From the NCBI GenBank assembly GCA_018027755.1, contig GCA_018027755.1_4098.1: a stretch of 64,000 nucleotides of DNA. One strand, written 5' to 3'. The stretch is from a phage. Both the position numbers and the translations under genes were made by a program. The notes beneath the pieces were generated by a model. It was not told the DNA's origin. It did not search any database and saw only the letters and a list, made by a program, of their open reading frames with translations. Shown here in pieces: positions 1-11,463 of this stretch (within the stretch, counting starts at the first letter, position 1; every line of letters starts with the position of its first letter).

Positions 1-1
1 A

Positions 2-1252
2 AACAAATATGTACAAGTTGATGAACCAGCGGCTGACCGTTTAATTTGGGTTTGTCCTTTGTCTCAAGGCATTGATGGTTATGATTTCTATCGCAACGTT
101 GATGGTGAATGGGTTAAACTTGACAGTACTGACCAAAGTACACTAAATGGTATGATTTTCCAAGACTTTAATTTCCCAAGCCAAGTTCCTGCGGCGGCAT
201 TGTATCAAAATGGTATGCTTGCAGTTGACCTAGGTAACACTGAAGGTGTTGTTAAGAAAATGGTTAATGGTCAATGGGAAGTTGTTAGTGGTGTAAGTCT
301 TGATGGTGCTGGTCTATTTGGTCGTGCTGCACAACGTCAACTAGTAGTTGAAGCACTAGCTGCTGTTATTATTGGTAATGATGACATTCGTTCTGAATTT
401 ATTGATTTTAACCTAATTTGTGTACCTGGTTACGTTGAAACACTTGATGAATGTGTAACTTTAAACACTGATCGTAAAGAAACTGCATTTATTGTTACTG
501 ACGTTCCAGCACGTTTGAATCCAACCGGAAACGGTAGTGCTGTACAACAATGGGCTACTAATGCTAACAATGCACCAAGTAACGGTTCAGTTGGTCGCAC
601 AACTGCTTATGATTATGCTGCTCAGTATATGGGTTGGTGTCTAAGTACTAACGTTGATGGTGAAGAAGTTGCAGTTCCTGGTAGTACTATTGCAATGCGT
701 ACATATGCATATAGTGATAGTGTTAGTTATGTATGGTATCCACCTGCTGGTACAACTCGTGGTGTTGTAACAAACGCTGCAAGTACTGGTTTTATCAACA
801 GCGAAGGTGAATATCAACCAGTAGTATATAACCAAGGTCAACGTGACGTTATGTATACTAACAACATTAACCCAATTGCAATGCGTCCTAACCGTGGTTT
901 GCTTGTTTATGGAGATAAAACTCTATCTGCTAATCAAACTTCTGCACTAAGTCGTGTTAACGTTGCTCGTTTAGTTGTTTATATTCGTCGTCAACTAGAA
1001 ATTATTTCCGAACCATTCCTATTCCGTTTGAATACTCCAAGTACTCGTCAGGAATTTAGTGGTGTAGTTAATAGTTTCTTGGCTGAAATTGTTCAACAAC
1101 AGGGTCTTTATAACTTCGCAGTAGTTTGTGATGAAAGTAACAATACCGCAGAGCGTATTGACCGTAATGAACTTTGGATGGATATTGCAATCCAACCAAC
1201 TAAGAGTATTAACTTCATTTACGTACCAATCCGTATCGAAAAAACTCAATAA
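2..1252 (+). CDS. tail sheath protein, C-terminal part (gene runs off the 5' edge of the window)
   Basis: Frame is open from position 2 with no upstream stop; the 59 start in the ORF track is only an in-frame TTG. Sheath-type C-terminal motif NINPIAMRPNRGLLVYGDKTL. Followed by a terminator and tail-tube-family genes (canonical sheath-tube order). Confidence 0.7.
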   Translation, partial: NKYVQVDEPAADRLIWVCPLSQGIDGYDFYRNVDGEWVKLDSTDQSTLNGMIFQDFNFPSQVPAAALYQNGMLAVDLGNTEGVVKKMVNGQWEVVSGVSLDGAGLFGRAAQRQLVVEALAAVIIGNDDIRSEFIDFNLICVPGYVETLDECVTLNTDRKETAFIVTDVPARLNPTGNGSAVQQWATNANNAPSNGSVGRTTAYDYAAQYMGWCLSTNVDGEEVAVPGSTIAMRTYAYSDSVSYVWYPPAGTTRGVVTNAASTGFINSEGEYQPVVYNQGQRDVMYTNNINPIAMRPNRGLLVYGDKTLSANQTSALSRVNVARLVVYIRRQLEIISEPFLFRLNTPSTRQEFSGVVNSFLAEIVQQQGLYNFAVVCDESNNTAERIDRNELWMDIAIQPTKSINFIYVPIRIEKTQ

Positions 1253-1258
1253 AACACT

Positions 1259-1286
1259 AAGGGAACCTTTTGGTTCCCTTTTTTAT
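1259..1286 (+). terminator. intrinsic terminator after sheath gene
   Basis: GGGAACC-TTTT-GGTTCCC hairpin followed by a T-run. Confidence 0.7.
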
Positions 1287-1647
1287 TGTTTAAAATTAAA
1301 TACCTTTATATTGATGTTATAAAGGGACATTATGGATATGGAAGAAATACTAAAAAGAACAATACAAGATGTCAGTAAAATAGTTTTAACTCAGTTAGAA
1401 TCAATACACATACTAAATATATTTTTAAAAAATTTAGAAGATTGTCGGTATAATTGAAAAATACGAAGTATACACAAATGGAAAATGGTCTATATCAGTA
1501 AACTATATTGACCACACTAAACGAAAAAGATACTTATATTGTGTTAATATTAATTGGTTCCCTGTTGATGACACTTTAGTTAATTAAAAATATACTTCCA
1601 GATAGATAAATAATATAAAGATGTCATTCCATAATAGGAGAATATAA

Positions 1648-2334
1648 ATGGCTACAATGCTTGATCGATATGGCGTACCGCTCGCTGGCGGTGGTCGTAT
1701 CTCTATGAAACAACCAAAAGCAAAATACAAATTTCGTGTTATTTTCTTTGGTTTTGGTACTAATGATGATGGTAATATGATTACACTAGACACCAATACA
1801 GTTGGGGCAGTATCTGTATCACATGAAAACGTCACTGTTCATAGTTACAACAGTTCTGCACACTACAAAGGGAAATACACTTGGGATACAATTGATGTTG
1901 CTTTCCGTGACTCAGTAGGTAATGCTTCTGCTAAAGCACTATACAACCAAATGCGTAAAGAATTTAACTACTACAGTCAAGAATCTCGCATGACAGATTC
2001 ACAATTTAAATTTGAAATGTGGATTCAAGAGCTTGATGGTTCTAATAGTGAAAATACAACAAACTTGTTTGAAGGAACATTGAGTACTTGGGTATGTCAA
2101 GGTTGCTTTATTGAATCCAGCAACTTTGGTGATTGGGATTATTCCTCAAGTGAAGCACAAGTTATTTCAATGACTGTTCAACCAGATGGTTGTGCTAAAT
2201 TGGGTCCAAATGGCGAAGCGTTCGGTGATGAAGTTAGTGGCTTCGGTAATCCATCAACTGCTACCTCTATTTCTGGTGCACAAACTAATATTAGTAGTAC
2301 TACTCTACCAGATAGTAACTTCTACGAAAATTAA
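1648..2334 (+). CDS. tail tube family protein, paralog 1
   Basis: Immediately downstream of sheath gene; AGGAG RBS 8 nt upstream of ATG; N-terminus YGVPLAGGGRISMKQPKAKYKFRVIFF is near-identical to the next ORF and recalls the T4 gp19/gp48/gp54 tube fold N-terminal strand. Confidence 0.6.
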   Translation: MATMLDRYGVPLAGGGRISMKQPKAKYKFRVIFFGFGTNDDGNMITLDTNTVGAVSVSHENVTVHSYNSSAHYKGKYTWDTIDVAFRDSVGNASAKALYNQMRKEFNYYSQESRMTDSQFKFEMWIQELDGSNSENTTNLFEGTLSTWVCQGCFIESSNFGDWDYSSSEAQVISMTVQPDGCAKLGPNGEAFGDEVSGFGNPSTATSISGAQTNISSTTLPDSNFYEN

Positions 2335-2355
2335 TTTTATTTAAACTTAATATAT

Positions 2356-2384
2356 AGCCTCGAATCTATTCGGGGCTTTTTTTA
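2356..2384 (+). terminator. intrinsic terminator between tube paralogs
   Basis: AGCCTCGAA-TCTA-TTCGGGGCT hairpin (one G-U pair) followed by TTTTTTT. Confidence 0.65.
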
Positions 2385-2428
2385 TGCTAAATAAAGTATA
2401 ATGCCTTATAAAATAAAAAGAGGTTGCT

Positions 2429-3205
2429 ATGGCAAATAACATGATTAATAAATATGGCGTTCCTTTACCATCGGGGCGTAATCGTTCAATGCTACAACCG
2501 AAAGCAAAATACAAGTTTCGTGTTATTGTGTATAATTTCGGTACTGATATAGATGAACGTGATCACATCGCATTAGATGTTGATAAAATTGATAGACCTA
2601 CTGTAACATTTAGTACTCATAAACTATATCAATTTACTACTAATACTTCCTATATAGGTAGTCATGATTGGGAACCAATTACTATATCTATACGTGATTC
2701 AGTTGGAAATGCATCAGCAAAAGCATTATCACGCCAACTACAAAAACAACTGGACTTTCAACGCAGAATAACTTCAAGAAATGACCAAGATTATGGTTCT
2801 TATAAATTTGGTTTAGTTATACAGATGTTGAGTGGTCGTAACTCAGATGATACACTAGAAAATCTAGGAAGAGATACACTAGTAGATGCTGCAACTGCTG
2901 CAACAAATAATGCTGGCTTAGTAAATGCAGTAGATCAATTTATTGGTGGTTCTTCTTATAACAGTGCTGGTGTTATGGAATACTTTGTTTTAACCGGATG
3001 TGTTATTCAAAACATATCATACGATTCATTAGACTATAGTTCAAGTTCTCCAGTTGAAATGGTAGTGACTATCAAACCAGATAATTGTATACAATTTGAT
3101 AACATTGAAGAAATGTATAGTACCAGAATTAATTCACTTTTACCTGAAAATGTCAATCAAGGTTTAGATATCATTGATCGTGTTTTTGGTAGTGTAGGAT
3201 TTTAA
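2429..3205 (+). CDS. tail tube family protein, paralog 2
   Basis: N-terminus YGVPLPSGRNRSMLQPKAKYKFRVIVY paralogous to ORF 1648-2334; RBS AAGAGG upstream. Confidence 0.6.
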   Translation: MANNMINKYGVPLPSGRNRSMLQPKAKYKFRVIVYNFGTDIDERDHIALDVDKIDRPTVTFSTHKLYQFTTNTSYIGSHDWEPITISIRDSVGNASAKALSRQLQKQLDFQRRITSRNDQDYGSYKFGLVIQMLSGRNSDDTLENLGRDTLVDAATAATNNAGLVNAVDQFIGGSSYNSAGVMEYFVLTGCVIQNISYDSLDYSSSSPVEMVVTIKPDNCIQFDNIEEMYSTRINSLLPENVNQGLDIIDRVFGSVGF

Positions 3206-3216
3206 GGAGATAATGA

Positions 3217-5324
<2,108 letters not shown>

Positions 5325-5351
5325 ATTAAACGACCTTATGGAGTTATTAAA

Positions 5352-5888
5352 ATGAATAGATTACAACAAATCCTAACTGAAAAGAAACCAGTTTATGAAT
5401 ACCGAGTTAAGTTTGCAGTTGAACCAACACCTGAGCAACTTAGTAAAGTAACACAGCGACTAATGGATCGCTATGATGCGTTTGAAATTGGAGCACTAAA
5501 GAAAACAATTTTTATGGAAAAACCATTAGATTTCTATGAATTAGATTGTGGTGAAATTTGGATGTTTGACTTTAAATGTCATCGTGGCGTTCAATCAAAT
5601 GTACTAATGTATGAAATTGGCAATTTACTAAGCATGACAGAAGCATTGATTCGTGTTCGTAGTAAAGATGAACCTCGTCAAATTGAAATGACTGATTTGG
5701 AAGATGATATCGATTTTGATGATGTTGATGAACCAGTTATTGGAGTGGATTTTGGTAAACCAGAAGACAGTTATGACTTAGCTGGACAACAACGTGCAAA
5801 CACTGCCGTTGATGATGCAATTGAAGCATCGAAAAAAGACAATAAATACTCTCAATATATGAGTGCTGGTTTTGGTAAAAAGGATTAA
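5352..5888 (+). CDS. hypothetical protein
   Basis: ORF in tightly packed plus-strand gene series; acidic D/E-rich segment. Confidence 0.4.
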   Translation: MNRLQQILTEKKPVYEYRVKFAVEPTPEQLSKVTQRLMDRYDAFEIGALKKTIFMEKPLDFYELDCGEIWMFDFKCHRGVQSNVLMYEIGNLLSMTEALIRVRSKDEPRQIEMTDLEDDIDFDDVDEPVIGVDFGKPEDSYDLAGQQRANTAVDDAIEASKKDNKYSQYMSAGFGKKD

Positions 5889-5891
5889 CAC

Positions 5892-6434
5892 ATGAGTATA
5901 CTTAATGAAATGTTAGATTATGAAGACAATGAGTTAAATGAAGCTCGTCCTTATAGTCGTTCACAAAGTGCAGTTGATAGTGCAAAAGGAAAAGTAAAAG
6001 GCTTTTTTGGTAGTGGACAGATTGAACAAGGTGCACAAGAAGTTGGTGCTGAAGCCAACCGCTTATGGGCAGAGTTTAAACGTTATGTTGGACGTAAATA
6101 TGGTAAAGCTCAACCATCAGTACCTTACGCTGATGTGGCACAGTTTTTTAAAGGTAACAATCTTGATATTAAACATTTAGGGAACAATCCTCGTCGTTCT
6201 TTTACACCAAAAGATGTAGGTACTGCTCTATTAAATGCTGCTCGTGATATAATGAATGACTACCGTGACCAACAAGGTGGCGAAGAAAGTTCAGAATCAC
6301 AACCATCACAATCGACCTCAACTGAGCAACCAGCACAACAAGAACAACCAAAAGCACAAGGTTCCAGTATCCCTGATGCTCTACAAAAATTAAGTCCAGA
6401 GCAACGCGACCAACTGTTACGTATGCTTTCTTAA
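5892..6434 (+). CDS. hypothetical protein with Q/S/E-rich low-complexity tail
   Basis: ORF packed 4 nt after the previous stop. Confidence 0.4.
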   Translation: MSILNEMLDYEDNELNEARPYSRSQSAVDSAKGKVKGFFGSGQIEQGAQEVGAEANRLWAEFKRYVGRKYGKAQPSVPYADVAQFFKGNNLDIKHLGNNPRRSFTPKDVGTALLNAARDIMNDYRDQQGGEESSESQPSQSTSTEQPAQQEQPKAQGSSIPDALQKLSPEQRDQLLRMLS

Positions 6435-6447
6435 GGAGAATCAACAC

Positions 6448-7965
6448 ATGGATAATTTTTTCAGTACTGAAACTACCACAGTTCCTAATGGATATGTATA
6501 TACGTCACATACTGGTGCAAAATATGTATTTCTTGAAGGATTCTGGTTCAATGACAATAATATGTTAATGGTAGACCCTAGAAAATACCCATCCATGTAC
6601 GCAAGTGCTCGACAACAGATTGTCGAGCACAATCTAGCTTCAAATGAATATAAGATTGGTAACAAATATATTGTTGAAGGTAAAGAGTGTACATTTATTG
6701 GTGAAAACCGTTTCAATTCAAAAGATGGAATTCTATTAACTGAAAGTGAATTCATCACTGAATTAATGGCAGATGATCATCGAGTATATAATGTTTCTAA
6801 AGAAACACTACAAAAAGAATGGAATGCATTAAAATTTTACATTCTTCCACCATATGCTGATGATATATCAATTCCAGCAGGTATGGAAGTAAGTGGTTTT
6901 AAATTTGTGCCAAAGAATCACCGTTTTGTTGATATGAAATCAGGACGAGCAGTTGATCCAGCAATGACCCGTAAACTATCAGATGAAGGTATGCGTATTG
7001 CTCGTCAGTTAGCTTCTAAAAATAAACTAATTCCAATCAAATCAACCTTAGTTCAAGGCAATACACGTTGTGAGTGGAATGGTAAAGAATTTTGTGATAA
7101 TGATGGTAATGTAGTAATTCCAGAACAAAATGCACATGCAATTATTAATGCATATCAGCAATTTGTTAAGAATAACCCAAGTGATTTTCCTACATTAACG
7201 GGTGAACAAGAACATAGTGAGCAACGTTTTGGTTCAGGTGAAAAGCCACATAAAGCTTCACACCCTGCTAAACAGCCAGTATTTGCAACTAAAGAATCAA
7301 TTAATGAAGCAGATGAAGAAATTGAAGAATTTGAAAGCATTACTGTTCCTGACGGTTATAGAATGACTTCTTCTAAAGGAAAAACATACGCTAAGAAAAA
7401 TAACTTGTGGTATGATATCGAAAGTAAAAAGCAACTTAACACAAGTGCTTCTAAAAGTGTTGAACGAGCAGCACAGCGTGATATTTTCCGTCATAACAAT
7501 TCCGGTGCTATGAAAATCGGTACAAAAGTTAAATCCAAACAAGGCAAAGAATATTCGTATGTTGGTGGTGACAGATTCATTAGTGCTGATGGTAAGTTTA
7601 TACCAAAAGCAACTGCTGCTAAATTACTTGCCAAATATGAACAAGATAAAGAAGTTAAAAGTGATGAAACACCTGAAGTAGACTCTGGTACTGAGCAAAT
7701 TCAATCAAAAGAAGAACCTAAGAAAGAACCAGAATCTGAACAAAAACCAGACGAAGTTTCTGAACCAGAAACTAAATCTGAAACAATTGCTGGTGATGAT
7801 GTACAATCATTAGCTTCTAAAATTAAAGAGTCACCTTATGCTAAAAAAATCACAGTACTACTAACTCGTGGTGATGAGGTTTCTCTACTTGCTGCTGACA
7901 TTTTACTTTCAGGTAAAAAGGATGAAACAGTGCAAATTTTAAAATCATTAAATAATAATGATTGA
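6448..7965 (+). CDS. hypothetical protein with internal duplication
   Basis: Two copies of a unit: VPNGYVYTSHTGAKYVF...GNKYIVEGKECTFIGENRFNSKDG and VPDGYRMTSSKGKTYAK...GTKVKSKQGKEYSYVGGDRFISADG. Confidence 0.45.
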   Translation: MDNFFSTETTTVPNGYVYTSHTGAKYVFLEGFWFNDNNMLMVDPRKYPSMYASARQQIVEHNLASNEYKIGNKYIVEGKECTFIGENRFNSKDGILLTESEFITELMADDHRVYNVSKETLQKEWNALKFYILPPYADDISIPAGMEVSGFKFVPKNHRFVDMKSGRAVDPAMTRKLSDEGMRIARQLASKNKLIPIKSTLVQGNTRCEWNGKEFCDNDGNVVIPEQNAHAIINAYQQFVKNNPSDFPTLTGEQEHSEQRFGSGEKPHKASHPAKQPVFATKESINEADEEIEEFESITVPDGYRMTSSKGKTYAKKNNLWYDIESKKQLNTSASKSVERAAQRDIFRHNNSGAMKIGTKVKSKQGKEYSYVGGDRFISADGKFIPKATAAKLLAKYEQDKEVKSDETPEVDSGTEQIQSKEEPKKEPESEQKPDEVSEPETKSETIAGDDVQSLASKIKESPYAKKITVLLTRGDEVSLLAADILLSGKKDETVQILKSLNNND

Positions 7966-7987
7966 TAACTAAAAGGATTTATTTAAA

Positions 7988-8968
7988 ATGGCTAAAAAAA
8001 TTAATGAAGCACAAGTTAAAATCGATATCGCAGGTTTAGAATCTGATGATTTGGAAACTCTATCACGTATGTTAGCTCTTGCTGGTCAAGCTGAACGTCA
8101 AGACCCAGTAGTTGCCGCTCCAGTACCATCTATGGGGTCTATGACTCCATCTCTTCCACCTATTGCTCCACTAGATCTCGATTCTATTGGTGCTGAAGAA
8201 GAAATTGGTGGAATTGAAACTTCAGTTGAAGACCCACTAGCAGCGGCAGTTGATGATCTTTCCGCTGATGTTGGTGATTTTGGTGCTGACACAGATGAAG
8301 TTAGTATGGATGCTGAATTTTCAGAACCAGGTGTAGAAGGTGAAGAAGATTTTTCTCTTGACCTTAGTGGTCAACCTCAACTAGAATCAGTTGAAGAAGA
8401 CGATGAGGAAGAAGAAGAAATTATTGAAGAAGAATTCGATTTTAGTCGTATGCTATCTCTTGCTGGTATTAACGAAGAAGAAGACGAAGATTTTTCAGTA
8501 GAGGGTAATCCTGCTACCGATAAAGAAATGAAAGATACCCAATTTCTACCAGATCTAAGTATCTCTGAAGATGAAGAACCATCTAACAGTACTGATTATG
8601 GTCCATATGATACAGAAGCTGATGCCGTTCGTGATGGTCAACTAAAGACTAATGGTGTTGAAGGTGACCATTTTGTTGTAATTGCAAAAGGCAATCAATT
8701 TTATTGGAGACGTGTTGTAGATGAAGATCTTGACAATCGTCCAGAACCTGAGTATTATGATAATGAAGGGAACGAAAATCGTGTTCATAAATTTGAACCA
8801 AAATTCCCAGGCACTGCATTAGGAGATAACCCACTAAATGTTAATGAAAGTGAAGAAGATGATTCACCTGAAGGTAACATTGACTTGGAAGATGATTCTG
8901 ATGAAGAAGTAGAAGATATTTTTGAAAGTCTCCAAGAAAAATACAAGAAATTTTTAGGAGACAAATAA
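7988..8968 (+). CDS. highly acidic, low-complexity protein
   Basis: Very D/E-rich; repeated motif SRMLALAGQ / SRMLSLAGI; no fold recognised. Confidence 0.45.
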   Translation: MAKKINEAQVKIDIAGLESDDLETLSRMLALAGQAERQDPVVAAPVPSMGSMTPSLPPIAPLDLDSIGAEEEIGGIETSVEDPLAAAVDDLSADVGDFGADTDEVSMDAEFSEPGVEGEEDFSLDLSGQPQLESVEEDDEEEEEIIEEEFDFSRMLSLAGINEEEDEDFSVEGNPATDKEMKDTQFLPDLSISEDEEPSNSTDYGPYDTEADAVRDGQLKTNGVEGDHFVVIAKGNQFYWRRVVDEDLDNRPEPEYYDNEGNENRVHKFEPKFPGTALGDNPLNVNESEEDDSPEGNIDLEDDSDEEVEDIFESLQEKYKKFLGDK

Positions 8969-8969
8969 T

Positions 8970-9365
8970 ATGCAATATAATTATCGTGAACTAGTTGAAG
9001 CGTTAGACGAAATTACCGGAAGAGATGAAGACGAAAGTTTTTCAGTTGAAGTTGAATCCGATGTTGTAGCAGTTGATGTTCTTAAGGATATTACCAAATG
9101 TCTTATTGATATTGTTGATAAGATTAAATCTGGTGAAGACCAAAAAGAAATTGTAGATAAACTACAAAAAGCCTGTGACATTTTGTCTGACATTCGATAT
9201 AATGATGAAAGTACTGAAGTTGCTGATGAAGAAGTGTTGGAAGCCATTGCAGGTTGTTTTGGAACTGAAGGTATGGGACCAACAATTGACAAAGAAGGCG
9301 TACAACACTATAATGAGCCTGGTGCACCATCATATGCTGCACGTCAAGGTTTTGTTGGAGACTAA
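8970..9365 (+). CDS. small acidic protein
   Basis: 131 aa, strongly acidic; start 2 nt after previous stop. Confidence 0.4.
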   Translation: MQYNYRELVEALDEITGRDEDESFSVEVESDVVAVDVLKDITKCLIDIVDKIKSGEDQKEIVDKLQKACDILSDIRYNDESTEVADEEVLEAIAGCFGTEGMGPTIDKEGVQHYNEPGAPSYAARQGFVGD

Positions 9366-9368
9366 TAT

Positions 9369-9749
9369 ATGTTTCCAGAACCGTCACATAACAGTACTGA
9401 ATATCAAAATAATGTACTTTCCAAAGTTAGGGAAGTACATGAATCAGATTCAGAAATAACAGACCGTATGCTTCTGATGTCAATTTTTGAAAATTTCAGA
9501 ACTGGCGGTGGTTTACGTCTTAGCAAGTTTGGGTATGGAATTTGTAAAGAAAATAATCTTTATGAATTTACAAAAATCCCCTTGCAAAGAGAATTTAAAA
9601 GTTCTATAATGTTTACATCACTTGACAGAATATGTACTTCACCTTATTATGTTGAAGGTCAGTACATATATCTGACAGATGCAATGATAATAACTGAATT
9701 AACATTGTGTTGTGACGATTTTAAACAGTTATTTTCTATTCATATGTAA
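9369..9749 (+). CDS. hypothetical protein
   Basis: ORF following the acidic genes; Cys-containing. Confidence 0.35.
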   Translation: MFPEPSHNSTEYQNNVLSKVREVHESDSEITDRMLLMSIFENFRTGGGLRLSKFGYGICKENNLYEFTKIPLQREFKSSIMFTSLDRICTSPYYVEGQYIYLTDAMIITELTLCCDDFKQLFSIHM

Positions 9750-9773
9750 GAAAAAATGAATTAAAAATAAATG

Positions 9774-9801
9774 TTGACAAGATAGAATGATGTGATACAA
9801 T
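9774..9801 (+). promoter_or_regulatory. sigma70-type promoter P1 (TTGACA-16-TACAAT)
   Basis: TTGACA, 16-nt spacer, TACAAT preceded by TG (extended -10). Confidence 0.55.
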
Positions 9802-9866
9802 AAGCATCAGACATAAAGTTTTCAAGCGACACAAGATGTGAGTTTGAAAAAAAAGAAAAAAAGTGA

Positions 9867-9894
9867 TTGACAAGTTGAAACGATGTGATATAAT
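9867..9894 (+). promoter_or_regulatory. sigma70-type promoter P2 (TTGACA-16-TATAAT)
   Basis: TTGACAAG..GATGTGATATAAT; shares the GATGTGATAyAAT box with P1. Confidence 0.6.
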
Positions 9895-9993
9895 GTTCAC
9901 ATCAAGACAGCAAAGAGATTTACCTTTTAAACACACGGATGATTCATGAAGTAACAAAGGAACTGATAAGTTAAATTATTTTAACACAGTTCC

Positions 9994-10022
9994 TTTACTT
10001 TTGCCCACGGATTGGCTATAAT
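9994..10022 (+). promoter_or_regulatory. putative promoter P3 (TTTACT-17-TATAAT)
   Basis: Good -10 TATAAT, weaker -35; overlaps a 10-bp inverted repeat AAAGGAACTG/CAGTTCCTTT. Confidence 0.35.
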
Positions 10023-10063
10023 AGAAACTTAAACGATTTTATCCAACAAAAGGAAATATATAC

Positions 10064-11389
10064 ATGACTACTCAAAACGATATCCTGAACGTTAAACTGA
10101 CTCCAAAGAAAGCTAAAGAAGCAATGGCACTAGCTGACATGATTCAAGATAGCCTGATGATTTGGGGTAGCCCAGGTATCGGTAAGTCTGCAATCGCTCG
10201 TCAATACGCTGATGAAAATTACCCACTGCGTAAAGATAACGTAGCTAAAATCGAGTTCATGAAACAACAAATCGAAGCTGACCCTGAAAATGCTGATCAG
10301 CTACGCCGTGAACTGGCTGCATTTGAAGCAAAACTAATCGACCAAGATACTAACTTTATCGATTTCCGTTTGTCTCAAATCGAACCAAGTGACCTTCGCG
10401 GTATTCCAGTACCAGAGAAGCTTTTCCGTAAAACTGACGGTTCTCTTCTGAAAGAATCTGAGCTTGCCGAAGCAAAAGATTATGTAGCTGAAACTGCGGT
10501 AGTATGGGCTGCACCTAAAGTTCTGAAATTGTCCGAAGATTGGAAAGGTGTTATTCTGTTTGACGAAATTAACTCTGCAATGCCTATTGTTCAGGCAGCG
10601 TCTTATCAGCTAATCCTCGACCGTTGTGTTGGTGAGATGAAGCTACCTAAGACTGCACTGATTCTTGCAGCAGGTAACCGTGAAACTGATGGCGGTGTAA
10701 CTTTCTCTCTTGCTACACCACTGCGTGACCGTATGACTCACATTGAGATGATTCCTTATCATCAAGATTGGATTAACGATTATGCGATTGCAAAACGTTT
10801 GAACCCAGCAACTGTTGCGTTCATCAACAACACTGGTTCTAAGTACTTTAACACACTTAGTCCACAAGATCCTTCTCACAGTGGTGGTACTTCTCCACGT
10901 TCATGGGAAGCAGTAGCACGCTACGAAGATCTCAAGAAAACTAAGACAATTGATAAAGAAGTGTTCCGTGCAATGATTGCTGGGCGTGTTGGTGAAGGTG
11001 TTGCAACTGAATACATTGAGTACGTTGAGAACGTTGCTAAACTACCAGATACTATGTCTATTCTGTCTGGTGAAATCAAAGAAATCGACGCAACGCTGGA
11101 TATTTCTGCGAACTACTTTATCACTCTGAACTTGGTTTATAAAATTATCGACCTGTTCAATGAGAAGCAAGAACAACGTCTACCAGTGGAAGAATGGGGT
11201 AAACTGTGTAACAACTTCATCACCTTCCTAGACCATAACTTCTCTGCAACTCAAGCAGAACTGGCAGTACTGGCAATTCGTACCATCACGCTTCATAAGG
11301 TTGCGATTTCCATTAAAGATGTACCAGCGTTTAAAGATTTCATCGCTAAGTACTCTGAACTTGTACGTAAAGCACGCTCTCTTGGCTAA
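10064..11389 (+). CDS. MoxR/CobS-like AAA+ ATPase
   Basis: Walker A GSPGIGKS, Walker B ILFDEIN, sensor AAGNRE, Arg finger region RDR; RBS AAGGA upstream. Confidence 0.8.
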   Translation: MTTQNDILNVKLTPKKAKEAMALADMIQDSLMIWGSPGIGKSAIARQYADENYPLRKDNVAKIEFMKQQIEADPENADQLRRELAAFEAKLIDQDTNFIDFRLSQIEPSDLRGIPVPEKLFRKTDGSLLKESELAEAKDYVAETAVVWAAPKVLKLSEDWKGVILFDEINSAMPIVQAASYQLILDRCVGEMKLPKTALILAAGNRETDGGVTFSLATPLRDRMTHIEMIPYHQDWINDYAIAKRLNPATVAFINNTGSKYFNTLSPQDPSHSGGTSPRSWEAVARYEDLKKTKTIDKEVFRAMIAGRVGEGVATEYIEYVENVAKLPDTMSILSGEIKEIDATLDISANYFITLNLVYKIIDLFNEKQEQRLPVEEWGKLCNNFITFLDHNFSATQAELAVLAIRTITLHKVAISIKDVPAFKDFIAKYSELVRKARSLG

Positions 11390-11463
11390 TTAACAAAGAG
11401 TTGTTGACAAGAAGGATGCCTAATGGTATCCTTCTTTTATCTTAACTAAACGAGGAAATATAC

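Noticed and set aside
641-1322. Short ORFs 641-841 (-), 1019-1249 (-) and 1128-1322 (+) overlapping the sheath gene
   Set aside because: Embedded in or antisense to a well-supported gene, with no RBS; typical AT-rich spurious ORFs. The same applies to most 60-100 aa ORFs nested in larger genes across the window.
1332-1457. 41-aa ORF with AAGGGA RBS in the sheath-tube intergenic region
   Set aside because: Too short to support from sequence alone; could be a real small protein, but the region may equally be leader/promoter sequence for the tube gene.
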